Assembly: GCA_964016885.1 (NCBI GenBank) | Contig: OZ024745.1 | Span: 107,074,001 to 107,138,000, forward strand | From: Eledone cirrhosa | Taxonomy: Eukaryota | Length of the DNA stretch: 64,000 bases | Direction: 5' to 3' | In this document: positions 42,526 to 56,896 of the stretch, piece after piece | Layout: each line of letters begins with the position of its first letter | Numbering within the stretch: position 1 is the stretch's first letter | Notes under the pieces: model-generated | Told to the model about the DNA's origin: nothing | The model's database searches: none | The model's input: the letters and a program-made list of their open reading frames with translations, nothing else | Position numbers and translations under genes: made by a program

Positions 42526-43174
42526 TTGGGGAAAACACCGTCAGAAGCACTGGGATTGCCGCAGCAAGTGTATGGAGATGAGACGATGTCACGCTCACGT
42601 GTTTTTGAGTGGTGCAAGATGACCTCAGGAGCGGAAGGCCCTCAACAACCAGGGCTGAGGTCAACGTTGAGCGCGTCAGGCAGTTGTGCGTAGCGATCAT
42701 TGGCTCACTGTTCGACTGATGGCAAATGAGCAGGAATCGGGATAGCGTCTGGAAGATTCTCACTGAAGATTTGGACATGTGGAAAGTCTGCGCGAAGATG
42801 GTGCCAAAACTGCTGAACGATGACCAGAAGGGTCGTCGCATGCAAGTGTGCCAGAACATCCTCGAGCGTCTTGAAACCGAACCAGACTGGCTAGGGACAG
42901 TCATCACAGGTGATGAGTCATGGACCTTCGAGTACGACCCGGAGGGGACCCGTTTTGAAGACGTGGACGACATCAAAAAGGCCGTGACGACGGAACTGCG
43001 GAGGATCCCGGAAGAATCCTCCCAGGAGTGCATGCAAGCGTGACAGAAAAGGATGGAAAAGTGCATTAGATTCCAGAGGGAGTACTTTGAAGGAGAAAAC
43101 TCTTAGTGTGAAGTTTGGGTTTGAAATAAATCTTTTGTGACATCAGTCCTGGAACTTTTCTGACACACCTAGTA
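42526..43174 (+). mobile_element. Mariner transposon remnant with catalytic core deleted; 3' TIR and TA present
   Basis: VYGDETMSRSRVFEW, RSGRPST, KVCAKMVPKLL, VITGDESWTFEYDPE fused to GTRFEDVDDIK..EYFEG; end ggaacttttctgacacacctagta. Confidence 0.9.
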
Positions 43175-43200
43175 TACAATGTTCTCATTATCCTTATTAG

Positions 43201-43352
43201 CGTTACGGCCCTTTATGTTCTGAGTGAACTTTGCCTATCATCCTTGCAGGGTCAATAAAAAAAGTACCACTCACGCACTTGGTTCGATTTAATTGACTTT
43301 TGTATCTAACAAAACTGTTGGCCTTGTGCTTAAGTCAGAAACCATTATTATT
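43201..43352 (+). mobile_element. Partial diverged SINE
   Basis: Core and tail present. Confidence 0.7.
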
Positions 43353-43367
43353 ACGATCATCATTGTC

Positions 43368-43423
<56 letters not shown>

Positions 43424-43838
43424 CAGCAGTAGTAGTAGAAGTAGTAGTAGTAGTTTCATATATAGTGTTATGTTTTGCGGTTAGGATACTTCTAAAAGGA
43501 AAGCCAGTAACAAGCTTATAACGTATATTTTAATTACACCTATTTCTGATTAAGTTTCTGAGTAAGTTGACATATATGAATTATTACATTGAACTTTGCT
43601 TTATATTATGGGGAAATAATTGATGTAGAAGGAAGATGATTAAGTGTGGAAAAGATTGCCCTAGATACTCTTGTTCCATTATTTTTTGTATTTTCGAAAT
43701 ATTTTCTACTTCAGTTCACCTAGCTGTGAGAAATGTATGGAGATACGACATTAATATGGACACTTTTATAATTTTATATACGATAGATTGGCCGTTGAAA
43801 TCTATAAATTGTTTTCATAATTTCGTCAGTGTGTATGT

Positions 43839-43869
<31 letters not shown>

Positions 43870-44059
43870 GGCGTGGCTCTACCTACGACTAATATCGTGC
43901 CAAATAAAGAAATATTGATAGGAGAATTAAACTAAACACAGATTGTTAAAAACCTAAGTATCAAATAATTAAACAGCATATAACACAAACAACCGAAAGA
44001 AACAATTTAAGAAGGAATTTTGTAGAAGCAATATATTAATACTGAAAATAGACCCTACT

Positions 44060-45010
44060 AAAAAGAAAAATTAATACTCTAGCTGTCTCAGTGATATGTT
44101 ATAATTATAATATCTTCAATTTAACTCTAAATGAACAAAAAAGAATAGACAAAACAGGACAAAACAACTGTATGTAGACTACACGAACTGACTTGGTTAC
44201 AGATGGATTATATTTGCCATCCATACAAGGATAAATGTACTTATGCTACTAGAAAACTACAATAAAATATGCATTGTAGAAACACAAATATGTCATGTAA
44301 AGAACCATAGAAATCTGTTCCAAATAGTTACAAATAACTGTTTTCTCTCTTTAGAGATGTCGGCAGATGTAAATCAATGTTTGAAGTAAAATACAAGAAT
44401 AAATAACAGAAATCAAGAAAAAAGTAAGCACTTTGTTTAGAATGTGGCTATTATGTGCCATGGCAGCGCAGGTTTCTGCATGACCAATATCTGAGATTAC
44501 AAAACAGGGAAGAAATAGATAAGGAGAAATCTTGGCACTGGCTAAGAAGCATAGGTCTCTAAGCTGGGACTGAACTGATTTTAATTGTGACACGGAATCA
44601 AATCCTTCCCGCCAGAATGTGTCAAAAGCGAGTAATGAATCAGAATACATCATATAGCCATAAGAGAGTTAGAAATTATGCCAGTATTATGAAATACTGA
44701 CAAGAACGAGATTGTATAAATAAATACTAGAGTATGACAGAGCATCAATACATTGGGATATGCTAATCTACACAGACAGAGAAATCAAAACTAATCAACC
44801 GATGTTATTGTCCAGAACAATAAAGAAAAGAAATGCCTCCTGATCGCAGAATCAGTCCCAACAGACGATAATATATTTCTATAAGAAATAGAGAAATTAT
44901 GCATATATAAAGATCTAGAAATATATGAACAGAATGCTGGAATTGACAACATAAACAAACTTTACAATAATATGTAGCTTCTGAATGATTGCAAAATGGC
45001 AAATACATAA
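44060..45010 (+). pseudogene. Decayed R4/Dong-like RLE LINE fragment
   Basis: KINTLAVSVICY, DGLYLPSIQG, IHWDMLIYTDREIKTNQP/DVIVQNNKEKKCLLI..VPTDDNI..YKDLEI. Confidence 0.75.
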
Positions 45011-45040
45011 CTAAAACGTCCGTGTTCACAAACCCCACAC

Positions 45041-45090
<50 letters not shown>

Positions 45091-45886
45091 CCTCACACGC
45101 GCGCGCACACACACATACACACATTACATTCCCAAAATAGCCTACGTAGGCACTGGCTACATGTGTAAGGCACTTTAAACGCAAAAGAAAGCATGTAGCA
45201 AAATCAAAGAATTGCACATACTCAGTGTTCATAGAGCTGCGCTAATTTTGGTGGTGAAATCATGCAATAATAGTAGACTACTGAAAAATAATAAATAGAA
45301 TATAACATATTCATAATATAAACATGCTGAATTTTTCATATAAAACTATAATGTTTTATAAAAAAAAAAAAAAAAAATGATTAACGAGCGAATATCATAA
45401 GCTTGTTTTTCATTCCTGTCTACAATTGGTGCTTGCAACATATAATATAGCATAAATTTAAAGTTTATAATGTGAAAAACAAAATTACCCGCTACCACTT
45501 TTGAATCAATTTGATCGTATCTTCTGGCAAGTGTGTAGTTGGTAACTTGATATTTCTATCAAACTGTAATACTACATCTAAACACAGAGGGGAAACTGGT
45601 AAATTCAGCGCCAGATGAAGGCTTCGTTGCATACCGTGAAGATCCGGAGCTGACAAAGTACTAGTGGAAGTAAAAATGGTGGTTTTGGTCCTAGATCCTC
45701 TTCCCTACATGAGGCGACCATGACAGATATGGCTATCCCCTAGAAGGAATCCTGCGAGATAGGCTACATTTTTTAAAGAATCACTCTTTCCTATTCATCA
45801 CTGTGTTGGCCGGGATTGTCAGGAAACATCTATCTTACGTTTTGCAAAGAACATAGAATTCTACCAGTATATATGTATGTATATAA

Positions 45887-46001
45887 GGCGTGTGGGTGAG
45901 TGGTTAGAGAATTGGATTCGCAATCGTAAGGTTGTGAGTTCGATTCCTGGACCAGGCGATGCGTTATGTCCTTGAGCAAGACACTTTATTTCACGTTGCT
46001 C
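45887..46001 (+). mobile_element. tRNA-head CORE-type SINE, 3' truncated
   Basis: agtggttag A box, gagttcgattcc B box, CORE-like tgtccttgagcaagacactt. Confidence 0.75.
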
Positions 46002-46155
46002 CTTCTACCTGGAGTTGCGACCGATAGATAGTATTAGCAATTGGAAAGACCAACGGAAACATTGTTCCCTCGGTCCGATTTGACGAAAGTCGATCGTTCC
46101 TTAAAAATACATATATATCAGTTTGGCCAAAAGTCACTTCTTACCTATTAATCCC

Positions 46156-46260
46156 TCCGAGGTTAACTTTGCCTTTCATCCTTACGGGTCGATAAAATAA
46201 AGTACTAGTAATACACTGGAATAATTACTGGCCTTGTGCCAAAAGTAGAAACAATTATTA
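46156..46260 (+). mobile_element. 5'-truncated SINE
   Basis: Core and tail present. Confidence 0.85.
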
Positions 46261-46603
46261 GTTGTGTGGTGGGCCAAGAGGGTGGGAGCGGTGAAACTGA
46301 GTAGTGTGTTATTGGGGGATGTGTGTGTGTGGGGGGGGGGTCGAAGGCTAAAGGAATAGGGGTGGGGAGTTCAGGTCGGGGGGGGGGGGTCTGTAGGGTG
46401 AAGATGGTGTGTTGTTCGACCGTGAGGCGGGTGGCGGGTGTCTCTAGGCAACGGTTCTTATATATCTGATATATATTTATCCTTATCGAGCCCTCTTTGG
46501 ATTTTAGTCTTCAAATTTATTATTATTACTATAATAATATATATATATATATATTATATATATATATTTATTTATTCATATATATATTTATTCGTATACT
46601 CAG

Positions 46604-46637
<34 letters not shown>

Positions 46638-46649
46638 GTGTGTGTGGAT

Positions 46650-46686
<37 letters not shown>

Positions 46687-47235
46687 ATGAGAGAGACACG
46701 ATGATAAATATACAGCTGAATGGATGAATGGACAGAAGATTGAACGACGGATGAACGGTGTAAATACTGTAGATAGAGTCACATATTAAATCTGCATACA
46801 GGGGAATATCCGATTAACTGGTATTCTATTGCACCATTATATTCATTAATGAGATAGAAATTATGCATACAGCGTATTATATGTTCAGTTTATCGCCGCA
46901 GTGTAGGTTTTCTGGAGCTGCGAGAGAGCAATAAACTTTGTTCGAACCTTTAATAAACCATATTTACACAATATTGCACCTGTATCCAGTATCAGTAGAA
47001 ATAAACAGTTAAAAGGCTAATGCATATGGAAAAGACTCTTAGGTTTCTAGAATTGATGACTTGTTCTACAGAGATTAAGAGTTCGCTGGGTGTTAAATAC
47101 ACTTTGAGTGTTAAATGTATACATGTATCTGTAAATGTATTTATGGCGATTTCTACAAGCTATTTCCAGAAACACAAGTACAAGCATAAAAACGTACATA
47201 ATGATATGTAGATGTATGTATGTATATATGTATGC

Positions 47236-47268
<33 letters not shown>

Positions 47269-47352
47269 TGTTTGTATATATACATATATAAAACCAGATG
47301 ATTATGTTTCTTATTTTCTTTCGTAAACACACATACATACAGACACACACGC

Positions 47353-47447
<95 letters not shown>

Positions 47448-47850
47448 CATACATACATATATATATATATACGCACATATATATACATATATATATATAT
47501 TCATATATATATATACATATACATATATATATATATATAATTGCATATTCAAATGAGAATAAAACATACACAAACATATAGGAAATCTCACTTGTGAAGA
47601 TGAGTGTGCTTGTGTATAAATAGTGGGATTGAGAGGGAAAGAAAGTGAGAAAAGTTTCAAATGTATATACGAATCTACGTAGAGTTAATATGTAGAAGCG
47701 CACTCATTGCTGAAGTAGTTATAAACGTAGGAATGTAAGTGGTATGTAAAAATGTATAGGCATTCAAATAGACTGAAAGTGAAACGGTCAAAAGGATATC
47801 CATACACACACACACATATCTATCTATCCATCTATCTATCTATCTATCTC

Positions 47851-48007
47851 TCAAACCGCCAACTTCTTTCAAAAACGAAAGAGAGGTGGTTTTCCTCTGT
47901 ATAGTGGCTATGGTGAAAGAGGTTATATGGTGGACGAGATTGAGAGGACTGAGTACAGATGCCTTTCTCTCCGGACAACACCCATTCCCTTCTTTAGATA
48001 CCACTTC
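47851..48007 (+). mobile_element. Tx1 LINE fragment directly after (TATC)n
   Basis: KPPTSFKNEREVVFLCIVAMVKEVIWWTRLRGLSTDAFLSGQ is homologous to 15860-16013. Confidence 0.88.
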
Positions 48008-48429
48008 CTCACACTTCCACTCACTTACTCTCTGTTTCTCGCCTTCTCACTTCCTCCCGTTTGGCTTGTAGTGGGTCTTTTCTTGCTTACATCTCACACA
48101 CATCGGACGGTCTGTACCTCTCTCACTCATGAAATCCACCCAGTTTTTGCTGAACGGACAACCATGTTGCTTGTTTATTTTCCTATCTTCGGTTTGCTTT
48201 TATCCTTCTATGTTGTTTACTTGTCCCCCTCGCTTTACGCGAATTACTGGTCCCAATAACTTTTTTTAGTTATTGCTCGCACCAACCTGAGGTATATGAT
48301 TTTTAATGCGATGAAATACCAATGATGGTTGGAAAATCACTGACGAAGGACTATTTTTATCATATGTAACCCATTTGCAACCACGCAGTATTCTTCTTTC
48401 TTCTCATGTTTATATATATATATATATAT

Positions 48430-49027
48430 ATATGAAAATTAGAGATAAAACTCAATTGGAACCCTGTAACTATTAAGCTCCAAGTATAAATACTGAGCCG
48501 ATTAATAATATATAGTAAGAAACACAGTAAACCGTGTGTCTAAAATTACAAGGGTTGAAAAACCACATTTGTTTGAAATATTTAACCAAGAAGCAGACAG
48601 AATGATAAAATAAAAATATATTATTATACATTATTATACAAACCGCCTCAATAACCATTATATCTCTCGGACAGATTATCCCTAATCTGTTTCGCCCTGA
48701 GTGTGTTTGTAACAGATAATCCCGGGCTTCATCAGCGAGAGAATCTGATTACATGCCACAAACACTATTTGCCAACGTTCACACAGAAAGATGAATTTGT
48801 CACCTCGTGCTCCGCTAGTCAAACGTGGTAAGCGTGTATTGAATAGAAATAACAATCCAACACACACAACTTAATAAGCTCAACTTGTGAGGGAGCAGAA
48901 ATATATATGAAAATTAGAGTTAAAACTCAATTGGAACCCTGTAACTATTAAGCTCCAAGTATAAATACTGAGCCGATTAATAATATATAGTAAGAAACAC
49001 AGTAAACCGTGTGTCTAAAATTACAAG
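48430..49027 (-). mobile_element. Hammerhead element as a partial tandem (475-bp period, ~123-bp terminal direct repeat) in (TA)n
   Basis: 48430-48552 is nearly identical to 48905-49027; internal HHR. Confidence 0.88.
48664..48741 (-). ncRNA. Canonical type I hammerhead ribozyme (GUC site)
   Basis: rc: ctctcg CTGATGA a gccc..gggc GAAA cagatta ggga taatct GTC cgagag. Confidence 0.9.
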
Positions 49028-49194
49028 ATATATATATATATATATATATATAGTAAAAAAATTGAACGGGGACAAAACAGAGAGGCAGTACGAACAAAGG
49101 TTTATTAGTTTCACGCTCTTGAGAGTGGGGTGGTGATATATATATATATATGCGCGCGTGCATATAAATATGTATCGAGAGCGATCTCTCTCTC

Positions 49195-49292
<98 letters not shown>

Positions 49293-49509
49293 TCTCTAAC
49301 CCTCCCAAATCTCATGGTTCTGTCGTCCCCCCCAATAACACCTATGTTATACCTCTGCCTTATTAGAACCTACCTGAGACAAACCACCAACAACACCATT
49401 ATACTGCTTTTGTCATTTATTTACTTATTCTTTTCATTACGCATTATATTTTACTTTGATTCTATTCTTTTTCTTTCCTTAATTACACACTTTTAAAACC
49501 AACTTTCTT

Positions 49510-49696
49510 GGATTGGCAGTATCGGTAGAGGGTCGGACGCCATGCTTTGACGCATAGAGTTACGGCCCTTACCATTCTGAGTTCAAATCCCGCTGAGGTT
49601 AACTTTGCCTTTCCTCATTACGGGGTCGAAAAAATAAAGTACCAGTAATACACTGGATTAATTGCTGGCCTTGTGCCAAAAGTAGAAACAATTATT
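49510..49696 (+). mobile_element. tRNA-derived SINE
   Basis: Matches consensus. Confidence 0.9.
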
Positions 49697-50006
49697 TTAT
49701 TCACCTTTTGCTATTAATTAGTATTCATTTCATATCTTTTTATCTTTTATAGTTCAGTTTTTCATCTTTCTTACATAAAATTAATTTTTTTTTAATGTAT
49801 TTTTTCATTTCATCGTTTTCCTTCATTTCATTCCCTTACTTGTTATTTTCTTGAACTTTATTCCCCTTTCTTCATTTCTTTCTTTCTTTTTCTTCATATC
49901 TTCCTTTCTCCCTTTGTTTGTTTGTTTGTTTGTTTGTTTGTTTGTTGCTTTCTTTCTTTCTTCCTTTCATCCTTTCTTTCTTCATTTCTTTCTTTCTTCC
50001 TTCTCC

Positions 50007-50049
<43 letters not shown>

Positions 50050-50669
50050 TCGTTCGTTCATTCTTTTTCTTTCTTTCTTTCCTTCTTTCGTTCTGCAATA
50101 TCATTCTGCTACCGTTCTTTTTTTTAAATTTAATTCGCCTTCCTTTTATTTCGTTTCCTCTCTCGTTTGGCTACATTGTCTAATATTTCTTTTTTACCTT
50201 TCTTTCCTTCTTTCAATCTTTCTATGCTCTTAATTCTTTCTCTCTACCTATCATTCTCTTTTTAATTCGTTCTTTCTTCCTTCTCTTCCTTCTTTATCTA
50301 TTTCGTTTTTCTTTCTGTTTATATACCTATCTGTCTTTCCTTATCTCCCACTTCCTCTTTCACCTTTATCACCTTTCCGTACCACCCTGCCCACTTCAAG
50401 TTTTTGTTTTTGTCAGTCGCCCCCTAACCCTACCGCCCCTTGACATACACCACCTCTGGTATTGTGTAGCAGAAATCTTCAGCACATTTGCCAAATGTGC
50501 CGCAGATCTCAGGCTGCAGCTTGTTACCAAAGACATGTTAGGTCCAACAATGGCACCGTATGTCAGATTCTTCGACACTTGTGTTCAATCAAAGCTTGGA
50601 AAATAATGTACAAGTACGTAATTTGTGCATACAGTTTGTATATAGATAATAATATTTTCGTACATATGC

Positions 50670-50689
<20 letters not shown>

Positions 50690-50706
<17 letters not shown>

Positions 50707-50825
50707 TATGTACATACATACAATCATATATACAAACATACATACATACATAAATGTATATATATATATATATATAAGTATGTACATACATACATTCATA
50801 TATACAAACATACATACATACATAA

Positions 50826-50890
<65 letters not shown>

Positions 50891-51203
50891 TATGTAGATA
50901 CATACATTCATATATACAAACATACATACATAAATGTATATATATATATATATATAAGTATGTACATACTTACATTCATATATACAAACATACATACATA
51001 AATGTATATATATATATAAGTATGTACATACATACATTCATATATAAAAACATACATACATACATAAATGTATATATATATATATATATATATGTACATA
51101 CATATATTCATATATACAAACATACATACATACATAAATGTATATATATATATATATAAGTATGTACATACATACATTCATATATACAAACATACATACA
51201 TAA

Positions 51204-51248
<45 letters not shown>

Positions 51249-51427
51249 TATGTAGATACATACATTCATATATACAAACATACATACATAAATGTATATA
51301 TATATATATATAAGTATGTACATACATACATTCATATATACAAACATACATACATAAATGTATATATATATATAAGTATGTACATACATACATTCATATA
51401 TAAAAACATACATACATACATACATAA

Positions 51428-51464
<37 letters not shown>

Positions 51465-51580
51465 TATGTACATACATAAATTCATATATACAAACATACA
51501 TACATACATAAATGTATATATATATATATATATATAAGTATGTACATACATACATTCATATATACAAACATACATAAATG
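50690..51580. repeat. Composite minisatellite: ~12 units of agtatgtacatacatacattcatatatacaaacatac..aaatg plus variable (TA)n
   Basis: Direct observation. Confidence 0.85.
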
Positions 51581-51974
51581 CGTACGTACAAGCATAACCG
51601 CATAAATACATACAAACACACATACGTACATACATACATAAATACATACATATATACGTACGTACATACATAAATACATACATATGTATATCATACATAC
51701 GTACGTACATACATAAATAAATACATACATATATACGTACGTACATACATATATACATATATGTTTATCTATATATTTGTATATATATTTATATCTATAA
51801 TTTATATATATATGAAAAGATCGATTGCGAGGGTGGAGGATGCGCATATATAAACACTTGTATGTGATGAATATATATATATATATATATGGGGGGGGGG
51901 TATATATGTGTGTGTGCATGCATGTTTGCATATATAAAAATATGCACACACAACAATTAGGCATATTATATATC

Positions 51975-52005
<31 letters not shown>

Positions 52006-52106
52006 GTGCGTGTGTGTGTGTAGATATGTTTATTTATATATATATGTATATACACACACATACATGCACACATGTTTATGTATTGCAATATATGTATACA
52101 TGTATG

Positions 52107-52144
<38 letters not shown>

Positions 52145-52333
52145 CATATAATTATATATACGTACGTACATACATACATGCATACATACATAAATACGTA
52201 CATACATACAAACATATATACATTTATGTTTATCTATATATTTATATATATTTTTATACCGATAATGTATATATTTGAAAAGATCGAATAGGAGGGTGGA
52301 GGGTGCGTATATATAACCACATGTGTGTGATGA

Positions 52334-52417
<84 letters not shown>

Positions 52418-52445
52418 ATTTATATATATATATATTATATATATA

Positions 52446-52529
<84 letters not shown>

Positions 52530-52540
52530 ATTTATATATA

Positions 52541-52707
<167 letters not shown>

Positions 52708-52779
52708 GTGCATGCTTGTATTCATTTATACAACTATGCACACAAGAGAATTAACTATATGTACGATATACATATGAGT

Positions 52780-52888
<109 letters not shown>

Positions 52889-53376
52889 TACATATATATA
52901 TATACATATATATATACATATATAAGTATATACACATACATGCACAGACACACACATATATATATATCAATATATATATGTTTGTATGGATGTACCTTCA
53001 TACACACATACATACATACTTTCATACATACACACATTCATACATATGTACACACACAAAGCCATGTCGCTCCGGATTTATACATACATGTATATATGCA
53101 AGGGGAGCAATATTAATTCCATGCAGGCCCGCAAACAAACACATAGGAAAACGATAATATAACATTAAAAATATGAAATTAATATAATAATTTCTAAAGT
53201 TTTCATCAATTACAAATGTGAAATCACATTCTGGTACATACTTTCAAAATCCGTTCACAGTGGTATAGCCTAACACTCAGATAGTGTTAGACTATACCAA
53301 ACTGTGCATCTATGTATACGTACACATTTGCTAACATCTAGATATATATGACATGTGTTGAAAGATACCAAACTGT

Positions 53377-53387
53377 ATATATATATA

Positions 53388-53433
<46 letters not shown>

Positions 53434-54018
53434 ATTAATTATACTATTTATGGTTATGTAAATACATGAAGTCCATAACATAACGCTCTGCATTTCCAAT
53501 ACTCTTAATATTTTTAATGCTTGCACTATTTTTAATGCTTATATCATTTCTCCACACACAGACTATAACAATCATAAAAAGAATTTGCCACCAGATCAAC
53601 CAACCTAACACTCTTGTTTACCTACCTAAGTGCTTCTACTACACGTAACTCTCTGCCACACTACATAAACAAGACGCACGTGCTTGCCACACATATAACA
53701 TTTGCACTATATAACCGCTTATTTTCATGTTGTATTTTAACCTGTATTTTTGATTTTTGATTGTACCTTTTAATATGAATGTAATCTCTAAGTGTGTACT
53801 GCCACTCTAAATGCTGTAATGAATGTTGACCCACAATATTTGCATATGTATCTGTATGTCTCTTGGGTGAAAAGGAGGTCATATAACTGTCCATTCATTA
53901 ATAAATTGCTCCGAAGAATCCAAACCTCGGTTTGGAGGAAACAGTTGTAAGCACAAAAATGTTTTGAACAGTTCTTTGATTCTTATATTTCATATATATA
54001 TATACTGTATATATATAT
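53377..54018 (+). mobile_element. PLE-pLTR-like hammerhead element with TA runs at both ends and an apparent 12-bp TSD
   Basis: ataccaaactgt at 53365-53376 and 54019-54030; HHR near the 3' end. Confidence 0.7.
53907..53953 (+). ncRNA. Type I hammerhead with CCGAAGA core variant
   Basis: tgct CCGAAGA a tccaaac ctcg gtttgga g GAAA c agtt GTA agca. Confidence 0.7.
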
Positions 54019-54227
54019 ATACCAAACTGTGCACCTATGTACACATTTGCTAACATCTAGATATATATGACAACATGTGTAGAAATCCATACGCGCATAC
54101 AGATACATTTTAACGTATACAGTCACACACTCAGCACACACACACACATACATTTCTTTTCTCCTTCATTTCACTTCTTTTCTCTTTTCTACTTTATCTT
54201 TTATTGTATTATTTGCAAATTTAAGGA

Positions 54228-54443
54228 CGGCGGATTGGTAGTTACGGTAGGACGTCGGACACTATGCTTTGTGGCACATAGTTATGACCTTTTGCGTTCT
54301 GAGTTCAAATCTCACTTAGCTTAACTTTGTCTTTCATCCTTACGGGGGCAATAAAATAAAGAACCAGTAATGTCCTGGGGTCGATATAATCGATTTTCCC
54401 TCATCCAAACTGCCGGCCTTGTTCCTATAGTAGAAATCATTAT
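54228..54443 (+). mobile_element. Diverged tRNA-derived SINE
   Basis: Matches the long-form consensus. Confidence 0.8.
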
Positions 54444-55099
54444 TTGCTAATTTATTTAAACAACTGAAGCTGGCATTATATACAAATGAATATCTTCAGA
54501 AGATGTTTATATGCTAAAAGTATATACGGTCAAAAGCGAATGAGTTTATCACCGATGACAGATAAAAATTCTGAAACGCTAACGTGTGGAGTTCTCACAC
54601 AGCTACTGAGATAGCTATGACATGACCACTGCTTTAAACTTGCTTATTATATATAAACATATTTTGTTTTCATATAAACCTCTTATGTTTCAGGCCCTGT
54701 TAGTGCTATGCTACCGCTAAATATACAGAGAGCATTACTCCCTCGGAGACTGAGGATGTTATATAAAACGTGAACTAAACCTTGCCTGCCCGGTCTGTTT
54801 GACTTGACTGACATATGTGCCCATCACGCTCGCAAAGAAAAAGAAAGTACGCAAAATGCGGCTGTAAACTGAATATTTCATGTTGAAATGAATATATTAC
54901 ACCGGCTGAGAAATGAACCAGGAAGATTTTAAAGTTAAACAAAATCCTTTTCTCCGGAACTTCGATGCAAAAGATAGAACTAATTGGCAAACATAGAAGT
55001 ATGTGGGGATTTTTGCTGTAAGAAAAATGAGCAGCAGATTCATGCCGCTATAACTTCGTGACGAATGTAGTCTTTAAATTACCAGCACTAACTAATTCC

Positions 55100-56350
55100 A
55101 TGCATAAATGAGATCATATAACAACCTGGGTGCATCTAAGCACTAAAGCGTGACACATGCTGGATTGCTTATCATTCGCAAGCAATATATTCATGATATC
55201 GCTAGTGTCAAGTCATTACATAGCTCAAAGTTTTGGACGAACGATTATTTAATGCGAGCAAAATTTCAGTTGTTAATTAGAGGAGGAGAATGAAGAGGAC
55301 TAGTTGGGATTTTTCGACGTTCGTATTTCCTTAAGATATATAATCGTGCTGGAAGAAAGGATCATCAGAATTGTTTATTAAACTTCGAAGATATGAGAAC
55401 ATAGGGAATGTTTCTAGACCAGGTTTTCCAATGCCTTGCTTGAACACATGGGTACGTGTCAGTTAGTCATAGGAATGGACTGGATTGATGAAAATGTTAT
55501 TAAGGTTCAGAGAGTCATGTCTGAAAAGCGTAATATCTCTGCAATATTCCCAGTTCAGCAGCGACATTTAGCACCTGTTCATTAACATAATAATCTCAAC
55601 TCCAGCAAGTACCCAGACGCATGCAGAAATTTTGATGGGAAGATCACGTTCAAACCTTCAAGCTACTACAGATACTAATGACACTAAGAAGTTTTTTTCA
55701 TCTCACAAATCACGCATATGGTCTTAAACGTTCAGCACCAGTTTCTTTTCTTTCCAAAGATTCTTTTACTCTCTTCACTAAATCAACAGAGTTTGCATAT
55801 TACTGGACTGAGAGCTCTGAAAGTGTGAATTTATGGATGATGCAGTAACTGATATCATTGAACAAAGACCTAGAGTCACTTCAATTGATGTAGTAATGCC
55901 AGTTAAAGAATTGAATTTTGATAAGGTTACTAGTAATGATAGAGTGTGTGCTGAGGTCTTATGTCACATATAATCTTCGCGAACCAATTAATGATTAGTG
56001 TAGTCTGTTGGAGAAGGCGCTATTCTCAAGAACAGAAAGGATGTAATGGTTGTCAGAAGAAAGTGCGGCAACCAAAGAAACATTTCTATACTGTTAGCTG
56101 TTGGCAAATTTCTGCCAAGTATTCTTCTCACCCACAGTTGATGTCTTTTTCTGAATTTCGGTAATGGTAGAAAAATAAATGTATATGATTTTCACAAGAT
56201 AGGCAAATGATATAATCAGAAGCTGGATCTTATCCAAGTTTTCATTGATCTAACTAAAAACCTTCTGTAGAGAATCCTTTAGGAAAATAATCCGCAAATC
56301 CGTCTGTCCAGACAATTTCGAATTAATAATTAAATCATTTCACGATGAAA
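55100..56350 (+). pseudogene. Decayed RTE/BovB-like LINE (APE end to RT start)
   Basis: IIRKQYIHDIASVKSLHSSKFWTND; KCGNQRNISILLAVGKFLPSILL; VFIDLTK; CPDNFELIIKSFHDE. Confidence 0.7.
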
Positions 56351-56685
56351 CTCAGAAACCCTGAACTACGCGGTTGTCAACTTTAATTCACAGCCAATGT
56401 TTATATTTATAAGCATTCAAAGTATTATTTTATTAAATACATATGTTTACAATTAAATTTTTCTTTTGCTTTTGAGACGAGTATAAAGTATGTTATAATG
56501 AAATATTTGATTCACGATTAAGTTATTATGCTATTAATTATATCGACTATACCAGTTGTTTAAAGCATGAAATTAGTTTGAACAAATTAGTGTAAGTCTA
56601 AAGGCATCAGTAACGCGGCATTATGTTGTAAATCATAAACATCGTGAGACCCTAGCTCCGCCTATAATTATGAATAAGTTTTGAA

Positions 56686-56731
<46 letters not shown>

Positions 56732-56753
56732 TATATATATGCATATATATATG

Positions 56754-56896
<143 letters not shown>

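Noticed and set aside
45605-45668. cagatga..gcttcg/cggagc..gacaaagtacta hammerhead-like segment
   Set aside because: Both core boxes altered and stem I marginal, so not counted
45887-45960. tRNA gene candidate
   Set aside because: Acceptor stem is poor and it continues directly into a CORE-like SINE body
50460-50590. Cys/His peptide HICQMCRRSQAAACYQRH, possibly an RTE C-terminal zinc finger
   Set aside because: Isolated and too degenerate to call
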